This document shows, piece by piece, positions 26,382-39,147 of a DNA stretch of 64,000 bases; the stretch's first letter is position 1; each line of letters opens with the position of its first letter. Under the pieces are notes generated by a model. It searched no databases and had not been told where the DNA came from. It saw only the letters and a program-made list of their open reading frames with translations. The DNA comes from Dimorphilus gyrociliatus (lineage: Eukaryota > Animalia > Annelida), in the NCBI GenBank assembly GCA_904063045.1, contig CAJFCJ010000055.1:8802-72801 (forward strand). The letters run 5' to 3'. The position numbers were made by a program, and so were the translations under genes.

Positions 26382-26580
26382 AAAATCTATGCATTTGCAA
26401 GTTATAACAATACTGGTTCTACTTGAACCTTTAAACAAACGTTTAAATTAAAATGCTTTATTCGCAATAGTAATACTTAAGCAAGTAACAATATGAGAGT
26501 TCAATAGCAGAGTAGATAGTTTGTAATAGCAGGTTGCCAAATTACCAAACTGTCTTCCAATGTTGAGGAGTAGATGGATG
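26382..26580 (-). repeat. Repeat family D copy
   Basis: Inverted relative to 25566-25735; preceded on its own strand by the purine run ggaagacag. Confidence 0.85.
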
Positions 26581-27226
26581 GTTCCAGTGGAGGTTGTTTC
26601 CAGGTTATCTTCCCAGGTCCTTGGGTCCAGATGGAAGCTGCACGCAGAATGAGAATAGTGAGGATTTATATACTTTGAGGTTTGCCTCTGACATCCAATC
26701 ATCACTTTACAGTTGCCGAAATGTGTAGTTCATATTTATCTTTAGTAACAGGATGTTACAAGGTTCAACATTTAGGAAGGTTAATTGAATTATAACTTGG
26801 CCACACCCTAGGCAAGTTAATTAGATTATAACTTGGCCAACCTTAACTGGTAATTAAAGATGAGCCTTCAAGCTGACTAATCAAACCAGTGTTTGGCCAA
26901 TGTTATAGCATTTTCTTGTGTAGGTTTTAAGATGTACATGTATAAGTTGCATAAAATAATAAAGTTCAAGCATGTAAAATATAACCAAAGTTGTACACTA
27001 GAAATATCAAAGATTTTATAGAACCAAACTTTTTAAAATGAATCAGACAACAGCAATTGGATACAGTCTATCAAGATTATAGCAAATGTCTATTAACCTG
27101 AATTAGGTTAAGAAAGGTGGCAATTGAAAAAGGCTGTAAATCATAAATTCCCCAAAAAAAAACAAAGTTAGTTTTTAGTAGATGAGACTGAAAGTAAAAA
27201 TGTAAAAATCCATACACAATATAAAG

Positions 27227-27900
27227 ATGGCTACCACAAGATATTTTATTAATCAAAATGTATTTGACTGTGCAATATGTTTGGGTTCTTGGAGAGGAAA
27301 TGATCCTAGAATATTGTCTTGTCAACAAACCTTTTGTTTCAAATGTTTAAAAAGACTACCAATTGATAATTATGAAATAGCCTGTCCTAAGTGTAGAAAG
27401 TTGAAAATACCTCTTGGCCAAATTGATCAACTAAAAAAACCAAAATTGAACATTTAAAAGAAAGTCAAGAAATTAGAAAAAATCCATGCAAAAAACATGT
27501 TAAGGATTCATTTATGTATTGTCAAACACATAATCTGGAAAACCTGCAGAATTCGTGTTTGAATGAAAATCATGTGAAATGTATAAAATTTCCAATGAAA
27601 ACGTTAGCAAAATTAAAAGAAAAATTGAATAAAATATTAATGAAAAACCAGAAAGCTACTAAAGAAATTATAACAACAATTAATGAATACAAAAGGAAAG
27701 CAGTAAATAAATTAAAATTAGAGTTTGACACAAATAAGACACAAATTCATTCAATTAAATGATCTACCTACTGCTTTTTATAAAATATTTACAACCCAAT
27801 ATGAAAAAGTAGAGAATCTATTAGAAGGAAAAACTTTGTTATCATTTTTGGCTAATAAAACAGCCATTTTTCAAACACAAAGAATATGAATTTTTGCATT
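27227..27900 (+). pseudogene. Intronless TRIM-like gene (RING, B-box, coiled coil), frameshifted and truncated
   Basis: RING CAIC..CQQTFCFKC..CPKC; in another frame B-box CKKH..YCQTH..C..HVKC, then a K/E-rich coiled coil. Confidence 0.75.
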
Positions 27901-28291
27901 GAATATAATAACAAAAAAGAATTATAAGAATTGAACTGAATCTGCAATGGAACATTTCAATATTTATTTTTTGATCACCAATAATCAGATTGTTTAATCT
28001 ACCAAATTTCTTTCCACAGGATAGACCTAATGGAACTTTGTCTGTGCCATCAAATGACTTTTTTGGATTTTTTAATAGTGTCTCTTTTGATTGAAAAAGA
28101 ACAACATAATCAGTAAAGATACTGTCTCTGGAGCACCTTAAACTTTTTATGGTAGAAAAATTTTTTAAATCAGAATTTCCAGTTTTTCTCATACTTTCAT
28201 TAATAGCATTGTGAATAGAATACAACAAAAGCCCATAGTCACGTGATGGGTCTTCTTGGTAGGCCTGGGCACACTTCCTATTTAGAATCAT
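27842..28291 (-). CDS. Possible SEA-domain exon or fragment
   Basis: SRDYGLLLYSIHNAINESMRK..FSTIKSLRCSRDSIFTDYVVLF resembles the SEA alpha/beta pattern. Confidence 0.35.
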   Translation of the reverse strand: MILNRKCAQAYQEDPSRDYGLLLYSIHNAINESMRKTGNSDLKNFSTIKSLRCSRDSIFTDYVVLFQSKETLLKNPKKSFDGTDKVPLGLSCGKKFGRLNNLIIGDQKINIEMFHCRFSSILIILFCYYIQCKNSYSLCLKNGCFISQK

Positions 28292-28439
28292 TTTTAGTTC
28301 AATGGTTGCTGCATACAGTTGACATCTAAAACATTTAATGAATAATATATAAAATCTATCTTATTTTTATATTTGATATTTTCATTTTCTTCCTTTGTTA
28401 AAAGAGAAGAAACAATCAAATCAGTCAGCTGAAAATCAA

Positions 28440-28995
28440 ATGTTGACAGCACTGATAGAGATAAGCATTCTTGACCTACTTTTGTGTAGGGCTGTGCATA
28501 TACAATGCGCAGCAACATGTTTTATTAAATTATAGACAAATATTGGTATTTGCAAACTGAACTTTAATATTACAATTTGAACAATATACAAATTTATTCA
28601 CTAATATGAAAATTACTTTAATGAAATGCCACTTAAGCTTTTACCGTCAGATTTCAACTTTGTAATCCTTTGACCACTTGAACCCAAGCTTTGGAAATGT
28701 ATAAAAGGAAATGCATTTCCCCAGCTTGTCACTTCAGTTCTTTAACCATTAACTGGTTGTTTAAACTTACTTGTTTAGAACTAGAAACTCATTTACTCAA
28801 TACATATTCTTTGGACGAAATACTGGTATTTTGTTGAATTATTTCTACCAAAATTACATTTGTTAAGACTATTTGTGGACGAACTTGAAAGGTTCTAATT
28901 GGACCAGTACTTTGGTAAATTGATAAATGATTGGAAAGGACGAATACTGTTCTGAGGAAGCAGAAATTCCTACAATTACAATACAACTAAGTACA
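28440..28995 (+). repeat. LTR family A copy (left end degenerate), ending GTACA at 28995
   Basis: Matches 5740-5880 and 6330-6599; TATAAAAG at 28700. Confidence 0.8.
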
Positions 28996-29207
28996 TTGAT
29001 AATATATTTCGAAATATTTAAATGATAATTTTCAAATTCTGGCATATGATAATCATATTTTTAACAATCACTATAATTTATTATCTCATTCATTAAAAAA
29101 TAATTCATATCAGCATATTTATTTTGACTAGAACAGAATTTTTCAATAAAAGGCAACCACAACAGAATATTTTTTGTGTTAAATAGTGTTGTATATAGTT
29201 GTTTGAA

Positions 29208-29415
29208 GGATTCGACAGAAAACGGCCCCAAAAGCATGGTTTTACCCCAACCCTAAACCATCCCTAATGTATCCCTAACCCTTTTTCATTACTCCTAACC
29301 CTTAGATGGGACCCCCTTCACTACAAATCAATAAATGCTTTCTTCCTCCTAACCATTTCTTAACCCAAAATGCTGCCTTCAAATATCCTTCTTGGGGCCG
29401 TTTTCTGTTGATCCC
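29208..29415 (-). mobile_element. MITE (related subfamily) with TIRs and perfect 9-bp TSD TTGTTTGAA
   Basis: TSD at 29199-29207 and 29416-29424; TIRs ggattcgacagaaaacggccccaa and ttggggccgttttctgttgatccc; internal ccctaa repeats. Confidence 0.88.
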
Positions 29416-29491
29416 TTGTTTGAAAGGTAATGTACCAGTTACATTTTGAGCACTTTCAGTATTTTCTATATTTAGTAATACAATGAAAAGC

Positions 29492-29692
29492 GGGGGCGAC
29501 AGAAAACGTCCACAAATGAGAAATTTCAAGACAAAAATTTGGATTGAGAAATGATTAGGCAGAAGATAACAGCAACTGATTTGTAGTTAGCAGGGTCTCC
29601 TTTAAGGATTAGGGGTAATGGAAAAGGTTAGGTACAGCTAAGGGCTGGGTTAGGGTAAAAGCACTGATTTGTGGATGTTTTCTGTCGCATCC
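29492..29692 (+). mobile_element. MITE with TTAGGG-like repeats (copy 2)
   Basis: Same TIRs and body as 17196-17374. Confidence 0.85.
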
Positions 29693-30369
29693 TTCAACAT
29701 GATTAAAAGAAACTATTGGTTTTGAGTACATTATGCTATCTTCTTTAAATGATGATCAAACATTCCGTTAAAACCATCTCCTCTTCTTCGATGGAAAAAA
29801 CATGTTTATTATTTAAAGTGACATTTATTAAATAAGATAAACTGGATTTGTCTACAAACACTAAGCATATTGAGTTCATAATGAAATACCCTAAAATTGC
29901 TCATATTATCCTTATAAGTGATATTTTTAACAAAAGAAAACATTTTCAAAAGAATTGTCATGATTTTGATTAGTTGAGAATAAAATTGAATTAAAAAATC
30001 TGAATATTAAAATGTTTGGCAATGCTCTCCTCTTACATTATCCTAACTACAACTTGTTAATGTTACCAAAGGTCAAACTTGAGTTTTGGACCAGTTCCAA
30101 GTTTTCATATTGAATGCTTGAAAACATATGTTATCAAATTTTTTACATCTTATGACAGAAACTGTCTGCATAAATATATCCAACCTCATTTCCACATGAA
30201 GAATGATATATAAAATGGAACAACATTTAAACTTTTCAATTGTGTAAAATTGTGTGCTAACCCTGATGCATATTTTATTTCATTTGTTCATAGTTTGACA
30301 TAAAATTTCATTTCTTTGTAAATATTTTTATAATCTGAATATATACTGGACAATGGATTGAAATGAAAC

Positions 30370-30600
30370 AGCTATTGGCTTTACCATTCTTACCTACTGA
30401 TATCATTCCAAAAGAATTTCACAAAAAGAACAGTTGAAAGCAATTCAGGAATTGGAAGACCTAATTACATATATTGAGACCACTTGGATTGAAGATAGTC
30501 TGTAGACATAGTTCTCTTGGTCTACGTATGAATCTCCTCTCAGGGCAAATAGTGATGTTGAATGATTCAATAATAGCTTGAATATAAATACTTATAGTTG
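30370..30600 (+). pseudogene. Old MULE transposase C-terminal remnant
   Basis: LLALPFLPTDIIP..YIETTWIE..WSTYESPLRANSDVE is homologous to LMALPFLPAHII..RTNNDCEGWH. Confidence 0.7.
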
Positions 30601-31326
30601 ACGATTTGTTATATTTTACTTTAATAATAATAATTAATTGCATCAGTTAATAAATTTTGTTTTTACTCTACAACCTATAAAGTAGAAGTTGTCTTGTATG
30701 TACAAATTTGTAAGAGAAAAAACAACATTATTCCAATAGAAATCTTCTCATCTTTTCATGGCAAAAGAAAAGTGCTGGTGGGTTTAATAGATTTCCCAAA
30801 CCTCTTACTTTTTTAATAACTTATTAGAAGAAAACCAGATTAAAAATTACTGAGAGGGGGCAAAACCACAGTAGGAAAAAAGTTCAAAGTAAACAAATAT
30901 TTCTAATAGAATTTTCTTTAAATGTCATTTTTGGTGTATTTTTTCTTTGACTCCTCCAGAAATCAATTGGGACTCTTGAAATATGAGGATTCTGTTTCCC
31001 TTTTTTGACAGTCAAAAAAATCCCTAACACTATCTTGCAATTATATACATTGGCCAGGCAGTGGAATATTGATACTGCAGTTGGTCTAGCTTTTCTTATA
31101 AAATATTGCAGATTTTCTATTATTAAAGGCCATTTATCTCATCTTCAATCTTGATAGTATTGATATAATTGAGGTGAAATTATCCAGATCCTTAAAAAGC
31201 AGTAGTGACAGGTGAGAGAAAATTCGTCCCTGGGAAAATTTGTTCGCCTTTTTTTAAAATAGCTAATGTAAACTGAGAAACTTAATTTTTTTTAGATATT
31301 AGAGATGACAAACTAATTTAAAGATA

Positions 31327-31600
31327 ATGTATAAAAGGAAATGCATTTCCCCAGCTTGCCAGTTCAGTTCTGTTAGCTGGTTGTTTAAACCTGCATGTTT
31401 AGAACTAGAAACTCATTTACTCAATACAAATTCTTTGGATGAAATACTGGTGTTCTGTTTATTAATTTCTACTGAAATTACATCAATGGGAGAGATGAAT
31501 GCCAGAACAGTTTCATTCCTCTTCCTGTAATTGGTTTTTAGTATTTTAGTTGGTTTAAATTATGTTGTTTTAAATAGAGATATAACTCAGGAAGTGTACA
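31327..31600 (+). repeat. Partial LTR family A copy
   Basis: gtataaaaggaaatgcatttccccagc..ctagaaactcatttactcaatac matches 28698-28830; ends gtgtaca at 31600. Confidence 0.75.
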
Positions 31601-31856
31601 TATATACAATATTAGGTTTAGGGTTACAGTTACTTTTACTAATATTATGTAGTTTATTAGTTACTCACTTAATTCTTTGATTATCCATCTACTTTCAATG
31701 TGTTTGGAAATTCTGATCCCAAACATTAATAAATGGAAAATTATTGTTTTGATGTTTTCTCAAAATTTCTAATTCATTTGGCTTCCTATTATATAAACAA
31801 AACAAGGACAAACAACAAAGTTTGATGATGATAGCATCATCACAATTGAAAAGATT

Positions 31857-32055
31857 ATATCATATTTATGTAAATAAACACTTGTTGTTGTTGTCAACAT
31901 GTTTGTTATGTAACATCTTATCCTTTGCCTATAAAAGGGGTTGATTCTGGCAGTTCTGTACCATCTACCCTAGAGGCAACATCTACTTCAACACTTCTAC
32001 CATATAGTAAGTATCATTTATAAAATATCTACAAACTATAGTTCGTAAGTGTACA
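31857..32055 (-). repeat. 5' third of the Gypsy LTR (family B), inverted
   Basis: Reverse complement of 46253-46450; TATAAAAG on the plus strand at 31930 and GTAAGT at 32007. Confidence 0.9.
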
Positions 32056-33019
32056 CTGTTAATTTACGTTATTAGATTACTAAAGTTGAAATGCATAGTT
32101 ACTGTACCTTAAATAAGTTTTTGTAGTTTTTCATTAATCTATATATCTTCAATCTAAAACAAAAAGGGATGATTAGTCAGAGAAAGGAGTAGAATCTAGT
32201 TTATCTTCAATGATAAAAAAGACAATCTTACATACAATGACATTTCTAACATCAATAAAATTGTGCAATATTGCCTTACAGACATGTGATGAATCTTGCT
32301 ATCCACTTGAAATTTTGTTTAAATTTGATAATTGGTGAATTGTTTCTGATTAATACAGATAAATGTATCTTCAAACAAATGATTTCATACTTTTATAGCA
32401 GTTTATGCATGTCAATCAATTTACATGCTGACTTATCACAATAGGAGGGAAGGAGCATTAACTGTTGGGGAGTCAGCTGGGCGCGTCAATTCAGTCTTTA
32501 CTGAAAACTCCCAACTGGAAGTTCACTATCTTCAAATATCAAATTTGTTTTTGCCATATTGAGAAATTCAATTTCAAATATTATATTTATATAAGATAAG
32601 ATAAACTTTTAATATACTGCTATTTCTTACGAACGGGGAAGTAATTTTTTCTATAGATAGTAAAGATTCATTGCATAAGTTAACCTGCACTCCCAACAGA
32701 CTGAAAGTTGAGTTGGTAACATTTTATTTCTCATCTTCTACTTGTTCTTCTTCTTCCCAAATTGTCTTCTATATCAGTACAGCTTTCTACACATTTTCCT
32801 CCCAGGTGATTTGAGAACAAAACTTCTAATATGAACAGAAAAAGTATGGAACAGTTGGAAATTTCTACTGTTGATCAAAAACCGGATAGTATAATTACTA
32901 CAACAATTGTTACTAACCAGCCAAAAGAACAAGAGATAATTCAAGAATCACATGTATCAAATTATTTGGTAGAGTAGAGCATTTTAGTTTTTTTATTATT
33001 AATTTTCTTTTACCATAAC

Positions 33020-33905
33020 AGATGGAGATTTTTTTGTTCACAATTGTTAAATGTAGACACATCATCCAATAAATATGAAGAGTACGATAATGTTGCCAAA
33101 CTGGATTCTGGAGCCACTTGCAATCATTCATCTGCTCTTCCTGGCAAGGAATGCCAGATGGCAATTGATTGGACTTTATCTGAAAGTTGAAATGCAATTT
33201 GCCATAGTAGTGTATCATGTACTGATCAATACATCAACGTTTCTCAATTAAACAAATTGAACATTGAATTATTTTTTTTTCCAGGAAATACTCAATGTGT
33301 TTATTCAATTCCAGAAATTTCTCCTGTTATCTTTTATATACCAAAAGAATTTCATAATAATTTTATAGCTATAAAATTCAAAGTTTATGGACAAGGAAAC
33401 TTAAATCAAACTGAAAATTGTAAATCAATTCAAAGCAATTTCAAATTCAAATGAATGTTATAGAAGATGATGAAAATTATCTTATGTTTACAAACTATAA
33501 ACCAACAGAAAGAACTGAAAAATTTCATTTAGAAAGTTCATTAGTCAGATGTAAAAAATGGAGTGAATTTTGGTTGGAAACTTTCACAGAAAAAGTATAT
33601 TTTGGATCTGGTAGAGTATATGGTATCAATACTTTAGCTGAAGTCAGTTTAAACGCATCGAACATCTTCAAGAAGATTCTATTGAGCAACTCTGAGACAG
33701 ATGTCATCAATCAGTTTCAAATTACTGACATAGGTATAACAAAATGTTGATAAGGATCAAACTACAAGATAGAATGTAGGATCTAATGTCAAGGTTACCT
33801 TTCAGTGTGACCTCTAAATATACAATAGCATAACATTAACTACTAATCATTTTTTTCTTTTTCCTTCTTTATTCAGATGGACTAAAAATATTTCCATTTG
33901 GTAAA
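33020..33905 (+). pseudogene. Multi-exon secreted-type gene fragment: discoidin-like segment and FAMeT (Methyltransf_FA)-like domain, in-frame stop at about 33188
   Basis: NVAKLDSGATCNHSS..CQMAID..S*N; SLVRCKKWSEFWLETFTEKVYFGSGRVYGINTL resembles the FAMeT wxeFWi..vGxG motif; short GT-AG introns. Confidence 0.45.
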
Positions 33906-34049
33906 AAACAATGCTCTTTGAGTGACTGATAAAAAATTCACCTAATTAGTGAAAATGGTAAATTTGAAACTGAAGCTTTTCATCCATTAGTTGTATTTAA
34001 AAAATAGAATGATAACATTGAAAATGTTGTTGTAGAACTTTTTTTCACA

Positions 34050-34400
34050 TTTAAAACTCCAACAGATATTAAAATTGTAAGATTTTATAAATTGCAAACA
34101 ATATTTGAACAAAAATCTTATATTATTATCAAATCTGCAATGAAATGTTGAAGTATAACCGTAATGTCCAATATTATGTTTAGGCCTATTACAAGAATAC
34201 ACAATTTCTGTAAGGAGCTCAATAAACAACTGATTGTTTGTTAGTACATGGTTTTTCAGCTTGTTTAGTCTTGCATTAAAATCTCCGGAGCATAGGTTGT
34301 TAATTACAATTGCAAAATTTCATATTTGAAAATTATCTTAAATAGAAATTCTTGTAGCTTCTGATAGGTTCACAATTTTAAAACTTTTTAAAAGTGACAC
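34050..34400 (-). pseudogene. LINE APE-endonuclease remnant
   Basis: GDFNARLNK..NQLFIELL..TSTF, with the GDFN motif at about 34269-34286. Confidence 0.55.
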
Positions 34401-34897
34401 TTCTTTTCTTTAGGGTTAATTTTCTGAACATACATGATGCTTACTCATCTCGATAAATAGGCCTATCGAATTAAAGTATTGATATTCCTAAAATAGTTTG
34501 GAAAGAAAAAAGTCAAATTCTACTTATGGTAGTAATATCACAACCAATATGTTTTATAACAAGAACAATATACAAGGTTATTGAATCTTTAAATATATTT
34601 TTCAAGATATAAATATTGCCTTTTGATGTAAAAGTATTTTAGAATATTAAGTTCTTTTTGTCATGTATTTTAAAAAGAAAGATTAGAAATATAATATATA
34701 TGCATTTTATAAGTGAGAGGAGTGGGCTAAACAACCATTTAATCCCAAAGATGACAGCACTCATAGCCAAAAACTGTAAATGAGTATAGCCAATTTTCAT
34801 TTTTGCTTGTTAAATAGAAATATACAATTACTAGTTGATAATGTTTCAACTTGTACTGATTTACTTTAACTTCCCTCTCTAATTTCTTGTGTAATTT

Positions 34898-35590
34898 TTA
34901 CCAATAAAATTCTTTGGTGTTTTTGGAGCAACAATATCTTTGAGTAACACTATAGATTGCCTGGGTGAAGTGGAAAACACAACCATGAATTTCTGATTCT
35001 GGATAGATCTTAGAGACAGCTTTCCACAAACTCATCTCAAAATCCATTGTTATTTTCTCAGGCTGTGATATTGAGGTCAAGTTTCTGATGCTCTGAAGTG
35101 TGAATTGGGTATCAGAAAAATTGTTAATGAACTATTAAAATGTATACCTTGAATGCCTTTTTATAATATTTTTTTTGCTTTGATGATATAAAAATGAAAG
35201 CCGGGGGAACATGTTTCATTGCACCATTCTTTTTCACATAGCTATGAATAGATATTAGTTGATAGAATGGATCTTTCACAATCTTGAATGTTCCATCTAT
35301 AAACCAATGATTTGATTTACCAAGTAAATCAAGCTGATGATTTGTGGCAAAAATCAAGATTCTATTGTTGTTTTCATAAATGTCATCTTTTAAGAAATCA
35401 TCAGGAATGAAATTCTTATTTAAATCAAAGTCCACTTCTTTTGGTTCATTAGGCCTAAGTTTCTGTCTGGTAAAATTTGCAACTCTTTTCAAATAGTCAA
35501 TATTTGGCAGAGAGTCAGTTTGTTCTTGGTGTTTCAACAGAACTGTTTCTGCTAATCTTCTTCCACTTGAATGTGTGTCAGTTTTACAAA
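34898..35590 (-). pseudogene. MULE transposase fragment closely related to 19.5-21.5 kb
   Basis: DSLPNIDYLKRVANFTRQKLRP..WFIDGTF; ITMDFE and GCVFHFTQ; intron at the same position. Confidence 0.88.
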
Positions 35591-36724
35591 TATCTTTTAA
35601 ATTAAATTATATGACCCTTCTTGCTCCATTTTCTTATTCCCCATTTTTAATTCCTTAAAGTTTAATGTTATAAGCAATAAATAAAAAAAAATTACTTTCA
35701 ATAGAATTTTATCAATGTTGAATTATTGGAGAAAATTTAGCGAAACTGATTGTAAATTAGCTTATAATTCATCCAATCAAGTTAAAACTATATTTTTCCT
35801 TAATTACAAACTTGAGTATTGTTCCAATAAAGTGTGTTTCATGAGTGAATATCAATGCTACAAACTGCAGTATTGTATACTAACCCTAACCTCAAAAATG
35901 CTTTATTAGATTTCTTTAAAAACATGTTTTTCACTTCATATTTTTAATTTAAATATGTTTTTTATTATTGCTATTCAAACTATAGCTATTTTATATATTT
36001 TTCATTTTCTAGGCCTAATTTCAGTTAGTAAGATTTACCAACTCAATGATTTATACAATTCTTTATCAATAAATCTTGTTCAAATTGCATTTTTAATTAT
36101 ATTTTCTTTTTCAAATTGTGCTTCTGTAACAAAATGATATAAGATAGTTTCAAAAAGTGCTCCAAGAAGAGAAATGTAAGGAAAAATTTAAAGCAAAATG
36201 ACACAGTGAAAAGAGCTTTTTTTTCTTTTAGTTTCTCTTCTCAAAATTTTTTTCTTTTAGCTCACAATATAAATTCAAATTGGTATTCAAGTAATATCTA
36301 TTCAAAATATAAATATGATATTGTTAAATTTGAACAGAGTTGTTTTTAAATGACACAAATTAGCTATAAACAAAAAAAACACAAAAATTATTTTAATCTC
36401 ATTAGCAAAACAATTAATAAATTCTATTAAAAACTTCCAATCAATGGCATTACTCTTTAAGAAACATCTCAAGATAATAAATGTCTATTATATCGTAAAT
36501 ATTCAAGTCTTTTTAACCAGTCAGAAATCCTTTCCTGCTAAATTCTTATATTTCCTTCCAGTTAGAAACATCTCTAGATAATTGCACAAGATTATTGCAA
36601 TCACAAAATGGAAACGATCTTCTTAGCTGAGCTGTTGGGTTAAGGTTATGCTAAAAATTGAAAAAAACTGACATCTTTTTCCATACCTGTTTTTGTTTAG
36701 CAATTAATCATTTCTTACTGATGC

Positions 36725-36990
36725 TTATGGCCTGAAGTGACATTGTAACAATAAAAAAATGGCCATAGAACACACCATGGCTGCTATAACAAATGTACAT
36801 GACCAATCAGAATATCTATTAGCTGGTTTATGATCTATCAAATGATTAGGATCAAGATCAGGATCAGGAATAGGAACAGACTCAGGGTTAGGAGTAGAAT
36901 GAAGATTCGTCTGTTCCATATAAAAGGTTGAATAAGTTGTTGTTGAAGAAGGCTGATCTGTCACTGGTGGGGCAGTAGAATCTTCAAATC
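36725..36990 (-). CDS. Probable terminal exon of a type I membrane protein (T/P-rich stalk and TM), interrupted at its start by a MITE
   Basis: FEDSTAPPVTDQPSSTTT..PDPDLDP..SCTFVIAAMVCSMAIFLLLQC; removing the MITE gives ttttcttctcatag|AGA TTT GAA GAT in phase 0. Confidence 0.5.
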
Positions 36991-37197
36991 GGGGCTGACA
37001 GAAAATGTCCCCAAGTGAGATTTTGGAAAGCAAGATTTTGGATTGAAAAATAGTTATCAGGAGTAAAGTACCTTTTGATTTGTAGTTAGGGTGGTTCCAT
37101 CTAAGGGTTAGGGGTAATCAAAAAGGTTAGAGAGAGACAAGGGCTAGGTTAGGGTTAGGGTTAAACAATGCATTTGGGGACATTTTCTGTTGTATCC
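36991..37197 (+). mobile_element. MITE with TTAGGG-like repeats, 9-bp TSD CTTCAAATC
   Basis: TSD at 36982-36990 and 37198-37206; TIRs ggggctgacagaaaatgtcccc and ggggacattttctgttgtatcc. Confidence 0.88.
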
Positions 37198-37367
37198 CTT
37201 CAAATCTCTATGAGAAGAAAATATTTTATAGACAATTTTTGATAGAAAATGTCACTTTCTACTTTCCAATGCATAAGCAAGTCTATACAAATTGAAAGAA
37301 AGTATAGTCTTATAAGCAAAATACTTTTGTGATAAAAAGAAAAAAATACTTGATTATTGTTGAAATT

Positions 37368-37568
37368 GGATATGACAGAAAATGTCCACAAATCAGTGCT
37401 TTTACCCTAACCCAGCCCTTAGCTGTACCAAACCTTTTCCATTAGCTCTAACCCTTAGAGGAGACCCTCCTAAGTACAAATCAGTTGCTGTTTTCTTCTG
37501 CCTAACCATTTCTCAATCCAAATTTTTGTCTTGAATTTTCTCATTTGTGGACATTTTCTGTTGACCCT
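37368..37568 (-). mobile_element. MITE with TTAGGG-like repeats, TSD GTTGA(A/C)ATT
   Basis: Flanks 37359-37367 and 37569-37577 match at 8/9; body is the reverse complement of 29492-29692. Confidence 0.88.
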
Positions 37569-38226
37569 GTTGACATTTATAGAAACAATAACCACAATGA
37601 GTTGAATTTTTTGCAATCAGAAAGCAAAGCTCTAGATAAATAAACCTCTCTTTTTGTGTTTATTTAATTAGGTAAGTGTGAATCATATGAATAAGAAATA
37701 GCAAATAATATCTGCCTGGTGCAGGGCTAGAATAAAAGAAAAATGTGGTTGGCTGCGAATGTATCTGTTAGGAAATCGGCAGTTTGAAAATTTGATTGAA
37801 TTTATTGCTACAGGGGCTCCGAGTTAGGATTAGGGAATATAAATAAAACAGATATTACACTCAACTTTGAATATGCTGAGGTAGGCAACACAGGAAAAAA
37901 CAACTACTTCAATTATACATGAAAAAACTATCATTTACTGATTGTAATCTAAAAACATACGATATATTTATATAGCCTCCAATGACCAATGCATCTCCAC
38001 ACATTAGTTTAGTAGCTGCTCTGAAAGAGAAAAATAAAAAAAAACAATTACTAAACTCTTTAAAATCATATTTTAAAAAGGAACAAAGAACATGGGACAT
38101 ATTAGACTGAGAAATGGGAAATTCTGGTGGGATTATTGTTGAAAGTTGATTCTACTCCATTTGAAGCAATTGAACATCATTTTCATTGTGTTCTTTGGCT
38201 GTTATATATGGTCACAAAGGTGCAGT

Positions 38227-38309
38227 GACATTTCGGCCCAGGACAGTTCAGCCCACTTTTGGACATTTTGGCCCATTTGGGACATTTTGGCCCAGGACAT
38301 TTTGGCCCA
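38227..38309. repeat. Five copies of GGACATTTTGGCCCA; orphan MULE-type terminus
   Basis: Units at about 38227, 38241, 38261, 38280 and 38295; no inverted partner was found in the window. Confidence 0.75.
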
Positions 38310-38824
38310 TTTTATGACTTTTTGAGTTAATTATGAATTAAATACAATAAATAAGAAAAAGCAAATCAATTTTAAAATTAATAAAAAATATAATAAGTAA
38401 TATAATATAGTAATTCGAGATATGTAAAATAATTATTATAAAATTCAAAATATTTCCAGAATAATGGATACCAGTTTTCCTTATTTCTGAAGTATATTTT
38501 ACATTGTTTTACAATTTCCTTTTCCTGTTTTGAGAAAAAGTAGAAAGCATATTTCTTTTCTTCATTTATCATAGAAGCTTCAATAGAAATTACAACATGA
38601 ATTTGAAAAACTGTTGGAAGTGTGGATTAAGATTTCATTGGACTCAAAGAAAATTCAGATGCAAGTTGTGCAGACATTTTTATCATACAAAGTGTTCAAA
38701 ATGTAAGTAAACTCTCTAACTTTCTCAGGTATAATGCTATATCATCAAATGTTTTATCAACAAAATAGATTGCAGGTGTTTACAATTCAAAATCATTTAT
38801 TAAATATTTCCTTGATATTTCAGA

Positions 38825-39130
38825 ATGAAAATAAGACTTCTGGAAATTGTTATTTTGCTTTCCTTAACTATTTCTTCATTAAACTGTGATATTTTTAAAC
38901 TAGCAGAAGAATTCAATAATTTACTTGACAACAAACTTGGCCTAAAATCATTTCAGGTACACAATTCATTTGTTCATACATTCATTAATTCAGGTTGTAA
39001 AATTATCATATTCAGAAATTTATTGATGACAAAAGCAAGGTGATCTATAAAAAGAGATTTCTAGATAATTCACATAGCCATTTTGTCATCCAAAAAGTTA
39101 TTATTAAAAATTTAATTAAAAGATTTATAG
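38825..39130 (+). CDS. First exons of a signal-peptide-bearing protein, possibly alpha2-delta/CACHD1-like
   Basis: MKIRLLEIVILLSLTISSLNC signal; DIFKLAEEFNNLLDNKLGLKSFQ|gt, then ttcag|KFIDDKSK..; family call is by resemblance only. Confidence 0.35.
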
Positions 39131-39147
39131 TATACTTATTTTTTTAA

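Noticed and set aside
30461-30643. Minus-strand ORF as a LINE reverse transcriptase
   Set aside because: The plus strand translates to clear MULE C-terminal motifs (LLALPFLP, TTWIE, RANSDVE).
32460-32700. Short inverted repeat ctgttggg(g)agt as a MITE
   Set aside because: Only about 12 bp of imperfect complementarity, no TSD and no second copy.
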